Assembly (NCBI GenBank): GCA_041740355.1
Contig: JBGSMD010000048.1
Coordinates: 1-64,000, forward strand
Source of the DNA: Bdellovibrionota bacterium
Lineage (GTDB): Bacteria > Bdellovibrionota_C > UBA2361 > CALJRW01
DNA length: 64,000 nt
Direction of reading: 5' to 3'
In this document: positions 8,171 through 17,438 of the stretch, piece after piece
Numbering within the stretch: position 1 is the stretch's first letter
Layout of the letters: every line of letters starts with the position of its first letter
Position numbers and translations under genes: made by a program
The notes under the pieces: model-generated
The model's input: the letters and a program-made list of their open reading frames with translations, nothing else
Databases searched by the model: none
What the model was told of the DNA's origin: nothing

Positions 8171-10135
8171 ATGTCCCTAAATCAACTATTAGTCAGTTCA
8201 TTTCAAGACTTAGCTGGAGAAATTCCTTCCGGTGTTGTTGGTGCCTTTCTAGAACATCATCTCAACCCAGAATTAAGACATATTTTTGAAGATAGTGACC
8301 TTCCCGATTTCTGTAAATTTCTTTTAGATAATCTTAAAACTCCTGCTCCATTTGCAGGATTAGCACTTGCCCTAAAGAACCTGAATGACGATCTTTCACT
8401 GCACTCAGGTCAATTTTTGCCCGAATCAGAAATTGAGGCAATCCTCTTACAGTTTAATGTCCTTTGTAAATCAGAGACGGGTGAACTGCTAACGGCGGAA
8501 GGATCAGCTCAAGCCTTGGTTCACTTTGGAAAATCCAGTTTCCTACTTTATGGTGGTAAGATTATCACTGGTTTTGAAGATCAAAGATTTAGCAGTTGTC
8601 ATTCGGTAGAAAGCAACTCGGAGGGGCTTTTTAGTGGTGTATTTCAATTTAATGAAGAGTTATTACCTGTCATAAGTTCCAAGATAATTACGGCAATTGG
8701 ACCAAAGCAGATTGATTGTTTTTATGGCCGAGTCCTTGAGGAAGAATGCTTTGGTTGTATCAGATCCGGTGAAGATTTTTACATAGTCGATCGAGGAGAA
8801 ATAAAAAATAAATTAAATTTCATTGTAGAGAAATGTGAAGTTTGTCTAGATCTAGAAGGATTAATGCAGGCAATTATTTATGGACTAACACTAGAGGATC
8901 AGGAGCCAATCCACTACGCTATAGTGAATGGGAAACTACAAAAAGGCATGGGAGGCAGTGAACCTGAAAATGTGAAAAGTCTTTGGGCGGATCCGAAAAG
9001 CGGTAACATTTATTCCATGGTCGTTAACACCAAAATTCCCGGAAAAAGGCTTGGCGAAATTCTAGATGATGATGGCGTACTCCAAACGGCAGAATTAGAT
9101 TACTTGCTTCCTATGATTAATGGTCAAGTTATTGATAATATTAACTATAAACCTATAGATTACATTTTACAGGTAGGCTTTTTTGAAGAACAAATCTTTG
9201 GAAAGGTAATCAGTGCTGGACAGCAAAGTTTCGCTTTGGGGAATAGTATACAGCAAAAAATCAGACACTCTAAAATCACTGAATTTAATTTTAGTAATGA
9301 TTTTATCCGAAGTGGTAATGCTACACTTACTCTGGAAGATGGTCGCTGTGTTCAACTTTATCATGGTGAAATCGTAAGATCGATTGAAGAACAAACTGTG
9401 ATCGATTATCGCCCAATTAATATCGCCAGCGATCAACTGATGACTGGGCCAACTGGGTTTTTTAAATTTAAATTAGGCTGGATGTTAGTGGTCAATGGTG
9501 TGATCGATCAGGATTTAGCAGAACTCGGTAGCTTGCAACTTGATACCTGGGAGTACCAAGCGGACCTTAGTCCTAACTTAAAACTAAGCTTTAGTGGAGT
9601 TGCTTTTAGTCAAGAAAATGCTCATTCTGCCCATAATTTTATTGATTTGTTAGTGATTGATGGCCAGAAATATACAAGTATCAAGGATGAAATGAATGTC
9701 TCGCAGAGATTACTTGGCTATGCAAAAATGAATTTTTTAAATTCTGGTGAGGCTATTTGCCAAGTGATGCTGGGAGATGGAACCTTTGTCTATTACGAGA
9801 ATGAAAGTTTCTATTCACCAAAAGATTTTTTTCTACTTAGTACTACTTGTTTAGCAAAGGAACAATTTAATGTTTATTTAAATCAATTTGATTATTTTGT
9901 GGATCCCAGTGCTTTAAATATTACAGCTTTGGACAACGTTAGAATTGGCTATGATGGGAAGTGTTTCTGCTCATTTAATATTAATGATGTACCCTATTTA
10001 CTCTTAGGGGGAGTGTTGCTCCAACAAAATAGTTCAATTCAAGATTTAGAGCTGAATGTAGAAACAGCAGGGAAAATGTACCTTAGCTTTACTCGTGATT
10101 TAACCATAGAAAGTTATGGATACGAACATTTTTAA
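8171..10135 (+). CDS. Hypothetical protein with repeated beta-rich motifs
   Basis: 654-aa ORF; recurring (L/V)(I/V)xG(K/Q/E)(I/V)I motif; no family recognised. Confidence 0.6.
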   Translation: MSLNQLLVSSFQDLAGEIPSGVVGAFLEHHLNPELRHIFEDSDLPDFCKFLLDNLKTPAPFAGLALALKNLNDDLSLHSGQFLPESEIEAILLQFNVLCKSETGELLTAEGSAQALVHFGKSSFLLYGGKIITGFEDQRFSSCHSVESNSEGLFSGVFQFNEELLPVISSKIITAIGPKQIDCFYGRVLEEECFGCIRSGEDFYIVDRGEIKNKLNFIVEKCEVCLDLEGLMQAIIYGLTLEDQEPIHYAIVNGKLQKGMGGSEPENVKSLWADPKSGNIYSMVVNTKIPGKRLGEILDDDGVLQTAELDYLLPMINGQVIDNINYKPIDYILQVGFFEEQIFGKVISAGQQSFALGNSIQQKIRHSKITEFNFSNDFIRSGNATLTLEDGRCVQLYHGEIVRSIEEQTVIDYRPINIASDQLMTGPTGFFKFKLGWMLVVNGVIDQDLAELGSLQLDTWEYQADLSPNLKLSFSGVAFSQENAHSAHNFIDLLVIDGQKYTSIKDEMNVSQRLLGYAKMNFLNSGEAICQVMLGDGTFVYYENESFYSPKDFFLLSTTCLAKEQFNVYLNQFDYFVDPSALNITALDNVRIGYDGKCFCSFNINDVPYLLLGGVLLQQNSSIQDLELNVETAGKMYLSFTRDLTIESYGYEHF

Positions 10136-10149
10136 TTTATAGTTTATAG

Positions 10150-10252
10150 GTAGGCACCTGCATAATTGAAGACTGGTGACGTACGTTAAAATTAGAAGTT
10201 CTCTTAAATTACAGTGAGTCCATCGGAGTAGCACTACTGCAGGTTAACCTAC
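10150..10252 (-). other. Candidate structured element or small RNA between convergent genes
   Basis: GTAGGCACCTGCA (10150-10162) pairs with TGCAGGTTAACCTAC (10238-10252); higher GC than other intergenic DNA. Confidence 0.3.
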
Positions 10253-10267
10253 AGTGCGTATACTTGG

Positions 10268-11122
10268 CTATGACTCTGCTTGAAAAATTGAATTTACGAT
10301 TTGAGCCAAATTTAGAAACGGTTGCTTAAATTCTACTTTCAACAAATCAAAATTCTTATTCCAAATCAAGATTTTTTCCTCTAAGTACTTTTTAGCATCT
10401 TGGGAGTTTGAAAACTTATTTATTAAAGTTTGTTTATTATTTTTACTATCACTGGAATCCCTTCTCCCCGTTGACTCTGGGGATAAAAAGCAATCTTGAT
10501 AATCATTAATTAATTGGAAAATTAATCCAAACTCCTCCCCTAGTTTTCTTAATTCTTCAATTTGGAACTCAGTGCATTTCGCTTGAATTCCAGCCATCTG
10601 AAAACCACAAGAAAATAATGACGCTGTTTTCAAACGATTAATGAAACTTAAGTCCGGTTCAGAAGTTTGAGTGATGTCTAAAATCTGACCTAAGCAAACA
10701 TGCAAATATCCATTCGTCAAAACTTTACTCAGCGCTCTTAAGTCTTCTCCCCGTGCATTTTCAACAACAACTTGGATTGCTAAGGTTTGTAAGTAATCAC
10801 CTAATAAAATAGCTAGCGGTTCGGAATATTTTTTATGACAACTTAATTTACCTCGTCGGTAATCATCATTATCTAGAGCGGGAAGATCGTCATGAATTAA
10901 GCTAGCTGTGTGTAAAATCTCCAGACTTAGTGCTGTAAAGTAATGCTCTCTCTGTAGCAATTTTAGATCGTCTAAAAGTGCCACAATAATCATCGGGCGT
11001 AATCTTTTGCCCTGATTAAAAAGCATATACCGAGCAGACTCTTGTAAATTTCCATTATCGGGAATCTTATTTAAGATTTGCTCTAAACATTCATCTAAAT
11101 TTACCAAATATACATTTTTCAT
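10268..11122 (-). CDS. ispA: Polyprenyl (farnesyl/geranylgeranyl) diphosphate synthase
   Basis: GKRLRP, LHTASLIHDDLPALDNDDYRRGK, GQILD, KTASL, FQLINDYQD. Confidence 0.9.
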   Translation of the reverse strand: MKNVYLVNLDECLEQILNKIPDNGNLQESARYMLFNQGKRLRPMIIVALLDDLKLLQREHYFTALSLEILHTASLIHDDLPALDNDDYRRGKLSCHKKYSEPLAILLGDYLQTLAIQVVVENARGEDLRALSKVLTNGYLHVCLGQILDITQTSEPDLSFINRLKTASLFSCGFQMAGIQAKCTEFQIEELRKLGEEFGLIFQLINDYQDCFLSPESTGRRDSSDSKNNKQTLINKFSNSQDAKKYLEEKILIWNKNFDLLKVEFKQPFLNLAQIVNSIFQAES

Positions 11123-11143
11123 AATAATATTAACTAGTTAACT

Positions 11144-12409
11144 TTACCAATAATTTTTTGGGGATCTCTGAAGCAGTGATTTTACACCTCCAATCATATA
11201 CATCGACCCAGCTACAATAGTTTCATTTGTTGAGTTATGGCAAGCTTGGGTAATGGCCTCGCCATAATCATTACCATATTGACGGTAACTATTTACACCA
11301 TGACATTCTAAATAAATTGCAATTTCTTCAGTTATAACTGCAACCTCACTATCAGCTAAAACTATATGCCAAAGCACGATAAAATCTTTTAATTTATCAA
11401 CGAAGTATTTCCAGTTTTTTGTTTGTAAGGCTGCAAAAATAATTTGGAAGTCTTTTTTGTATGGATAATTTATTCGTAAATATTCAACTAAAGCATCAAT
11501 TGATGCTGGGTTATGAGCAGCGTCAACTATAAAAGTATTATTTTGATACACGATAGTTTCGTATCTTCCCGGCCAGTAATAATTAGTAATTCCAGTAGAG
11601 ATATGCTCATTTAAACCAAGCAAAAGGCATGTCTCTATTGCTAGGCAATCGTTAATAGCTTTAGTATGATTTTGATAATGATAATTAAATAATTGAATTG
11701 TTAACTTAGAAGATTGAAATTCCATCCCCCTTTCTAGTCTTCTATATGTAAATTCCTTTCCAAACTGAAAAGATAAAGCTTCTTTGCTTTCTGCAATGAC
11801 TGCTCTAATTACATTATTTGCTTCTTCAGGCAATTCTCCAAGTAATATCCTATTACAGTCTTTAATTATCCCTGCCTTCTCCATAGCAATCTTAGAAATT
11901 GTATCTCCTAAGATTAGTTCATGATCTAAACTAATTGAAGTAATAATAACTGCTTCTGGCTTACTTATAACATTGCTAGCATCTAAACGACCACCTAATC
12001 CTACTTCAATTACAATCCAATCCAATGCTTGAAACATAACAAATGCAGTTGCTGTTATCGCCTCATGATAACTTAGATGGACCTCCTCATTCTCCATAGC
12101 ACGTTTAACTCTTAGTGCCGCTTCAGAAATTTCCAACTCTGTAGCTTCTTTGCCATTAATAATAAATCTTTCGTTAAGCCTGATTAAATGTGGGGAAGTA
12201 TTTAATCCAACATTAAATCCAGCAGCTCCAAGAATTGAGGCAATAGCAATGGAAGTTGTTCCTTTTCCATTTGTTCCTCCCACGTGGATAGATTTAGGAC
12301 GATCTTGTGGGTTTCCTAGCTTTTTTAGGACCTTTTTAATACTATCTAAGCCAAATAGAGATTTATTATCCCATTTAGTGAGAGAATTTAAGAAATCAAT
12401 ACCTTTCAT
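11144..12409 (-). CDS. folC: Folylpolyglutamate synthase/dihydrofolate synthase
   Basis: IHVGGTNGKGTT, TSPHL, EVGLGGRLDASN, ISLDH, WPGR, DAAHNP. Confidence 0.95.
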   Translation of the reverse strand: MKGIDFLNSLTKWDNKSLFGLDSIKKVLKKLGNPQDRPKSIHVGGTNGKGTTSIAIASILGAAGFNVGLNTSPHLIRLNERFIINGKEATELEISEAALRVKRAMENEEVHLSYHEAITATAFVMFQALDWIVIEVGLGGRLDASNVISKPEAVIITSISLDHELILGDTISKIAMEKAGIIKDCNRILLGELPEEANNVIRAVIAESKEALSFQFGKEFTYRRLERGMEFQSSKLTIQLFNYHYQNHTKAINDCLAIETCLLLGLNEHISTGITNYYWPGRYETIVYQNNTFIVDAAHNPASIDALVEYLRINYPYKKDFQIIFAALQTKNWKYFVDKLKDFIVLWHIVLADSEVAVITEEIAIYLECHGVNSYRQYGNDYGEAITQACHNSTNETIVAGSMYMIGGVKSLLQRSPKNYW

Positions 12410-12415
12410 AAATTG

Positions 12416-12477
12416 TTGTCCCGCCGTGGGACAAATGAGTTATTCAGAAATTTAAGGAACTGTCCCGCCGTGGGACA
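12416..12477. promoter_or_regulatory. Two identical parS-like palindromes TGTCCC-GCCGT-GGGACA
   Basis: Copies at 12417-12433 and 12461-12477 immediately downstream of the parB stop; GC-rich in an AT-rich context. Confidence 0.7.
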
Positions 12478-12485
12478 CTAATATA

Positions 12486-13337
12486 TTAAGAAATTAGTTT
12501 TCTAAAAACATGTTGAAGATCCGAGTCATTATGAAAGCTAATCTTCAAAGATCCAGCAGGAGACTTAGGTGATTTTCTAGTTAATACAATCTTAAGACCT
12601 AGAGATCTTCGAATCTCGTCTGAAATACGTAAATCCTCTGCAGAAAGTGTTGTTTTACTTGCTTTTCCCGTTTTTTTGTTAATCTTTTGAGACAAGTCGC
12701 TTCTGGTTAAGATGTCAACTTGATTTAAATAGTTAGCACGTTCTTTCGGATCCTCTATCTTGGCAAGAAGTAAAATCTTAGATTCCGAAGCCCCTTGCCT
12801 CAGAGCATTTAGTAGGTCATCAGGCAAATCAAGTAAATCCAAAGATCTCTGTACTGAACTTTTAGATATTCCTAACTTGTCAGCAATATCTCTAACACTT
12901 AATTTATTAGATTCTTTAAGCGTAGATATAGCATAAGATTTTTCTAATGGTGTTAATTCTGATCGTTGTAAGTTTTCTACTAATTGAATTGCTAGTGTCC
13001 TCTCTCCAGTTTGATCATCGGTTGAATCAACAATAGCAGGAATAGATTTTAATCCAGCTAGCATACTAGCTCTTAACCTTCTTTCCCCAGCGATTAATGT
13101 AAATCTAGAGTTCTTATTAGGTTTTACTAGAATAGGAGAGATAACACCGTATGTCTTAATAGATGTAGTAAGCTCTGCTAGCTGGGCTTCATCAAAGTTT
13201 ACCCTTGGTTGATTTGGATCTTTTTCTATTTGATCTAAGGGTATTAGCTTGTAAGGAAGACTGCCAACAAGCTCTCTTTCTTTTAAGCTTGGGCCTGAAA
13301 ATAGGGGATTATTGGAAAAAGTAATATTCTTAACCAT
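12486..13337 (-). CDS. parB: ParB/Spo0J partition protein
   Basis: DPNQPR, LIAGERRLRA CTP-binding motif, LVENLQR, HTH, Spo0J-like C-terminal dimerisation region. Confidence 0.95.
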   Translation of the reverse strand: MVKNITFSNNPLFSGPSLKERELVGSLPYKLIPLDQIEKDPNQPRVNFDEAQLAELTTSIKTYGVISPILVKPNKNSRFTLIAGERRLRASMLAGLKSIPAIVDSTDDQTGERTLAIQLVENLQRSELTPLEKSYAISTLKESNKLSVRDIADKLGISKSSVQRSLDLLDLPDDLLNALRQGASESKILLLAKIEDPKERANYLNQVDILTRSDLSQKINKKTGKASKTTLSAEDLRISDEIRRSLGLKIVLTRKSPKSPAGSLKISFHNDSDLQHVFRKLIS

Positions 13338-14118
13338 TGATAACTTCCTTTGCTAAAGCTTCATAATCATCTGCTCCTGAAGATTTTGGAGCATGCTCGA
13401 AAATTGATTGTCCATTAGCAGGGGCTTCTGCCAAAGCAACATTTGTTCTTATTACAGTATCAAAAACCAATTGTCCAAAGAAGTCACGAATAGTCTTAGC
13501 AACTGCTCTGGCCAGTTTTTTACGATTATCATGGAGACATATTAATACTCCACCAACCTTTAATTCGGGATTATAAATACTTCGAACTTGATCAATTGTA
13601 TCTAATAACTGACGAACTCCATGAAGTGCCAAATATTCACTTTGTACAGGTACGATAACTTTATCCACAGCCGCCAAAGCATTTAAACTAAGCAACCCCA
13701 AGGCAGGAGGACAATCAATTACAATATAATCATATTGATCTTTAATTTTTGATAAGGCACGTTTAAGTAAAAGTTCACGTCCTACCATACCTCCAAGTTC
13801 TAAGTCCGCAGCACTTAATAATAAACTTGATGGAACAACATCTACATTCTCAGAGCGGCTAATTACTACATCTTTAATATCCTTAGATCCTTTAAGAACA
13901 TCATAAATGGTATATTTTGGAGCGAATTCAGCATCTGGATCATTGGCAATTTCATCAGTGTTACTTAAACCTAAATGTGTGGTTAAATTACTTTGAGCAT
14001 CCATATCTACTAAGAGAGTCTTCTTCCCCAAGTTTGCAATTGCAGCACCTAAATTTACACTGGTGGTAGTTTTACCAACTCCACCTTTTTGATTTAGAAT
14101 TCCTATAATCTCGGCCAC
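13330..14118 (-). CDS. parA: ParA/Soj partition ATPase
   Basis: NQKGGVGKTTT deviant Walker A, DMDAQ, IDCPP, LAEAPANG; GTG start with AGGGG RBS. Confidence 0.95.
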   Translation of the reverse strand: MAEIIGILNQKGGVGKTTTSVNLGAAIANLGKKTLLVDMDAQSNLTTHLGLSNTDEIANDPDAEFAPKYTIYDVLKGSKDIKDVVISRSENVDVVPSSLLLSAADLELGGMVGRELLLKRALSKIKDQYDYIVIDCPPALGLLSLNALAAVDKVIVPVQSEYLALHGVRQLLDTIDQVRSIYNPELKVGGVLICLHDNRKKLARAVAKTIRDFFGQLVFDTVIRTNVALAEAPANGQSIFEHAPKSSGADDYEALAKEVING

Positions 14119-14146
14119 TTCTTATCCCCTTTAAAAAACTTATCTA

Positions 14147-14250
14147 AGATCACTATATCTAATCCTCATGAGATCGCGAATAAGATCAAAACAGATCACG
14201 GCAATAATAGATCAACTACCTAGAATCATAAGATGCTGATATCATTGATC
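14147..14250. promoter_or_regulatory. GATC cluster of the putative origin
   Basis: GATC at 14148, 14172, 14184, 14194, 14210 and 14247 (five as AGATC). Confidence 0.6.
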
Positions 14251-14287
14251 TTTTTTATTTATTGTTTGACTCTAGTTAATATACTCA

Positions 14288-14496
14288 TATCGTGATTTGA
14301 AGTAAAATACTATTTACTAGTGTTTAGAAATAAATTCTTCATGAATATCGTGCTCTTAGATAAGTAAAGATTGTGCTTGGAGATTAGTATTATCGGGAAT
14401 TGGCATAAGACTTATCGTTTTTCGAAATAATCTTTATCGTTCTTGGAAGTAAGCTTCATCGTGATTTGAAGTAAGAAATATCGTGCCTACAAATAA
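14288..14496 (+). repeat. Iteron array of a putative replication origin (nine 18-bp repeats, consensus approximately TATCGTGNTTNGAARTAA)
   Basis: Starts at 14288, 14316, 14346, 14369, 14391, 14413, 14435, 14457, 14479; last six at exact 22-bp pitch; followed by an AT-rich tract and repA. Confidence 0.85.
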
Positions 14497-14643
14497 ATAT
14501 TTTGATTTAAGTATTTAATAAGATTAAGATTCTCTACCGCTCACTTATTACAAGTAACTTAAAATAACATTTGTAAACTACTATAAAAGTTAGTAGATCT
14601 AATTTAATAAATATTAGTTTAAAAACATTTTAAATTTTCTTGA

Positions 14644-16140
14644 ATGACAGCACTACCTAAAAAATTATCTGATAACACTGGGGGAGTGTCATTAATCTCA
14701 CGCGATGAGATGAACTTAGCGGAATTTCCACTAACAATGTTATCAAATAGAGCTGATCCAAAAATTAAAACTCTTGAATTCAAAGATATAATAAAAAATA
14801 AAAATGGGCGAGAGGTCAACCGCGAGTGGGTAATTACGGGCACGGATAAATTTGGATTACCTACTGCCTCTGATGACGAAGTCTTACTTGGACTTTTAAA
14901 ATTATCATTTGAGGATCAATTATTTAAAAATAAAAAAGTTACTTTTACGCGCTATGAATTATTAAAGATTTTACGTTGGCCAACAGAAGGGAAAAACTAT
15001 AAACGCCTACTCGGAGCCCTTGATCGCCTAAGTGGTGTTAGAATCAAAGCTACAAATGCTTTTTTTGATAATGAAACAAAAGCCTATAGTACCAAAAACT
15101 TTGGAATTTTGGATGCTTATGAACTAAATGATGGTCGAGAGAATCGAACGAAACCTAGTTATTTTATTTGGAGTGATGAAATTTTCCATTCTTTCCAGTC
15201 AGGCTTTATCAAAAAGTTAGATTTAGATTTTTATTTGGATCTAAACAGTTCAATTTCTAAAAGACTTTATCGCTTTTTAGATAAAAATTTCTGGTATCGG
15301 GCACAACTAAAAATTAATCTTTTTAATTTATGTCACGAAAAAATTGGCATCTCTAGAAATTTTAAATACGCCAGCTCCTTAAAGCAGCAATTGGAACCAG
15401 CCCTAGAGGAGCTATTAAAAGTCAATTTTATTTCTTCTGTAGAATACTTGGGAAAAGGGGCCAAGACTGAAATTATCCTTTCAGGGGCGAGCCTAGTTCC
15501 ACGCTCACAACAACAGCAAGGCAATAATAAGGCTGAAGTTATTCCTGTGACCAGTCCTACTAAAATTGTTAGCCAGGCTAAACCTACAGTTGATCTTGCA
15601 CTTAGTCCCTCAGCGAGGGTCCGTAAATCATTAGAGGAGCGGGGCATTGCGCCGAACCAGTCTGAGATTTTGCTAAAGGCACGAACAGATTATCATCTTC
15701 GAAAGATGGAGATGGTTATTAAATATTTTGATTATTTAATCTCGAGCCATAGTAATCTTGTTAGTACTAGTCCTGTCGGATTCTTGTATAATGCTATCAA
15801 GAAAATTGAAGATTTCGCATTACCTAAATCCTTTAGTATGGAACCGCAAAAACCAATAAATACTAATTATGCGAAGAAACAGCCATCAAAGGATAGCCAC
15901 TTAGGTGAAGAGTATAATAAGTTTTTAGATGTTGAGATAGAAAAGGCTAGGAAAGAGGTTGCCCCAGAAATTCTAGCTAAAATTCAAGCCGAAGTTACAG
16001 TTCAATATGAAAGATTTCGTAATCTAGTTGCGGAGGAAAGATTTAACGACAGTATTAGGCACAGTATAGATCAGAAGTTAATGAAACTTTATGTTATTCC
16101 TGAGTTTGATGAGTGGAAGAGGGGATTAAAAGCAAAATAG
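14644..16140 (+). CDS. repA: Plasmid-type replication initiator protein A (RPA family)
   Basis: DEMNLAEFP, GLPTASDDEVLLGLL, FTRYELLKILRW...GKNYKRL..ALDRL, KRLYRFLDK; divergent from parAB with iterons upstream. Confidence 0.85.
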   Translation: MTALPKKLSDNTGGVSLISRDEMNLAEFPLTMLSNRADPKIKTLEFKDIIKNKNGREVNREWVITGTDKFGLPTASDDEVLLGLLKLSFEDQLFKNKKVTFTRYELLKILRWPTEGKNYKRLLGALDRLSGVRIKATNAFFDNETKAYSTKNFGILDAYELNDGRENRTKPSYFIWSDEIFHSFQSGFIKKLDLDFYLDLNSSISKRLYRFLDKNFWYRAQLKINLFNLCHEKIGISRNFKYASSLKQQLEPALEELLKVNFISSVEYLGKGAKTEIILSGASLVPRSQQQQGNNKAEVIPVTSPTKIVSQAKPTVDLALSPSARVRKSLEERGIAPNQSEILLKARTDYHLRKMEMVIKYFDYLISSHSNLVSTSPVGFLYNAIKKIEDFALPKSFSMEPQKPINTNYAKKQPSKDSHLGEEYNKFLDVEIEKARKEVAPEILAKIQAEVTVQYERFRNLVAEERFNDSIRHSIDQKLMKLYVIPEFDEWKRGLKAK

Positions 16141-16388
16141 CAGACTGCTTTCTCTCTAATTATTGAAATCTTTGCGTTGGCCCTGAAATGAAAATCATTT
16201 TATTTGTTGCCAGAAGCTCCTCTAGAAGTGCTAATTTTAGGAATCTTTCCGGTTGAGCCATTCCTGACTATTTATCGATTGACTAATAGTTGGTCCTTAA
16301 AATAGTAAGTAATATAGGACTATTAACAAAAAAATAGCATACAAGTGTCAATTGTTTACTAATCAGAAACCCCATTTTTTGAATAAAT

Positions 16389-17399
16389 TTATCTCTTAGA
16401 AATTCCAATAGCTTCCCGAACCTTTCTAAGTATTGGATTAGCGATGGCCTCAGCCTTCACTTTGCCCTCTGCTAGAACTTCATCTAAAAACTTTTGATCT
16501 CCACGAATTTCTTCGTACTTAAGCCGCGAGTCATAGACCTCCCGATTAATTGCTTGGAACAGATCTTCTTTGGCGTTTCCCCAACCAAGTCCACCTGCGG
16601 CAAGTCGTTTTTCTAAATCGGCAAACTCACTGTTTGTAGCAAAAAGTTTGTAAAGATTCCCTAACAACGATCCTGCTAATACTTTTGGCTCCTCTAAAGG
16701 TGTTGAGTCTGTGGTTAAAGACATAATCTTTTTCCGTAGTTGTTTTTCAGGAAGCATCAGCTCAATGGTGTTATTGTAACTTTTTGACATCTTCTGGCCA
16801 TCAAGACCTGGAATCAGCATTACATCTTCGGCAATCATCACTTCGGGTTGCTTTAAGATTACTTCTCCAGCTCCATAAATGGCGTTAAACGAGCCTGCAA
16901 TATTACGCGCCATTTCCACGTGTTGCTTCTGATCTTTACCAACAGGGACAACGTCTGGCGCATAAAGCAAGATATCTGCTGCCATTAGGATTGGATAGTA
17001 AAATACTCCTACATTTACTTCATTATTTTTAGCGCGTGCGTCCTTGTAGGCATGACCCTTTTCTAATAAACCTATCCCAGTAACACAGGAGAGATACCAA
17101 GAGAGTTCCACATTAGGTAAATCGGATTGGCGATAGAGCAAATGTTTCTTATAATCCAGCCCAACAGCTATCCATAAAGCTACTTGATGGTAGATACTTT
17201 CTTGCTGTTTTACTGGGTCTTTCTGCTTAGTCAAAGAATGTAAATCTGCTAAGAAATAGAGGCACTGATAATCATTTTGAAGTTTAAGGGCAGGTTTTAT
17301 AGCACCTAAATAATTACCGATATGGATTTCTCCAGAAGTTGTAATGCCTGTTAATGCTCTTTTCATACTAAATAATTGATAATAATTGATTTCTGACAC
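16389..17399 (-). CDS. trpS: Tryptophanyl-tRNA synthetase
   Basis: HIGNYLGA, ADLHSLT, YPILMAADILLY, VPVGKDQKQH, KMSKS. Confidence 0.97.
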   Translation of the reverse strand: MSEINYYQLFSMKRALTGITTSGEIHIGNYLGAIKPALKLQNDYQCLYFLADLHSLTKQKDPVKQQESIYHQVALWIAVGLDYKKHLLYRQSDLPNVELSWYLSCVTGIGLLEKGHAYKDARAKNNEVNVGVFYYPILMAADILLYAPDVVPVGKDQKQHVEMARNIAGSFNAIYGAGEVILKQPEVMIAEDVMLIPGLDGQKMSKSYNNTIELMLPEKQLRKKIMSLTTDSTPLEEPKVLAGSLLGNLYKLFATNSEFADLEKRLAAGGLGWGNAKEDLFQAINREVYDSRLKYEEIRGDQKFLDEVLAEGKVKAEAIANPILRKVREAIGISKR

Positions 17400-17438
17400 T
17401 ATCAGAAATCTTAATTTCTTAATAGACTCGAACTCCGA

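Noticed and set aside
12150-12455. 101-aa plus-strand ORF across the folC start and a parS-like site
   Set aside because: Antisense to folC with no coding features
13661-13669. Perfect DnaA box TTATCCACA
   Set aside because: Single copy inside the parA coding sequence, about 600 bp from the iterons; compatible with chance
14288-14496. Repeat array considered as a CRISPR
   Set aside because: Repeats are degenerate 18-mers mostly separated by 4-5 bp, with no unique spacers and no cas genes; fits iterons
12486-16140. Integrated plasmid, ICE or prophage interpretation
   Set aside because: No integrase, relaxase, T4SS, phage genes or att repeats, and core genes directly abut both sides; not formally excluded without the full genome
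16240-16325. Weak hairpins between repA and trpS
   Set aside because: Short imperfect stems (GTCCT/AGGAC); too weak to call a terminator or RNA
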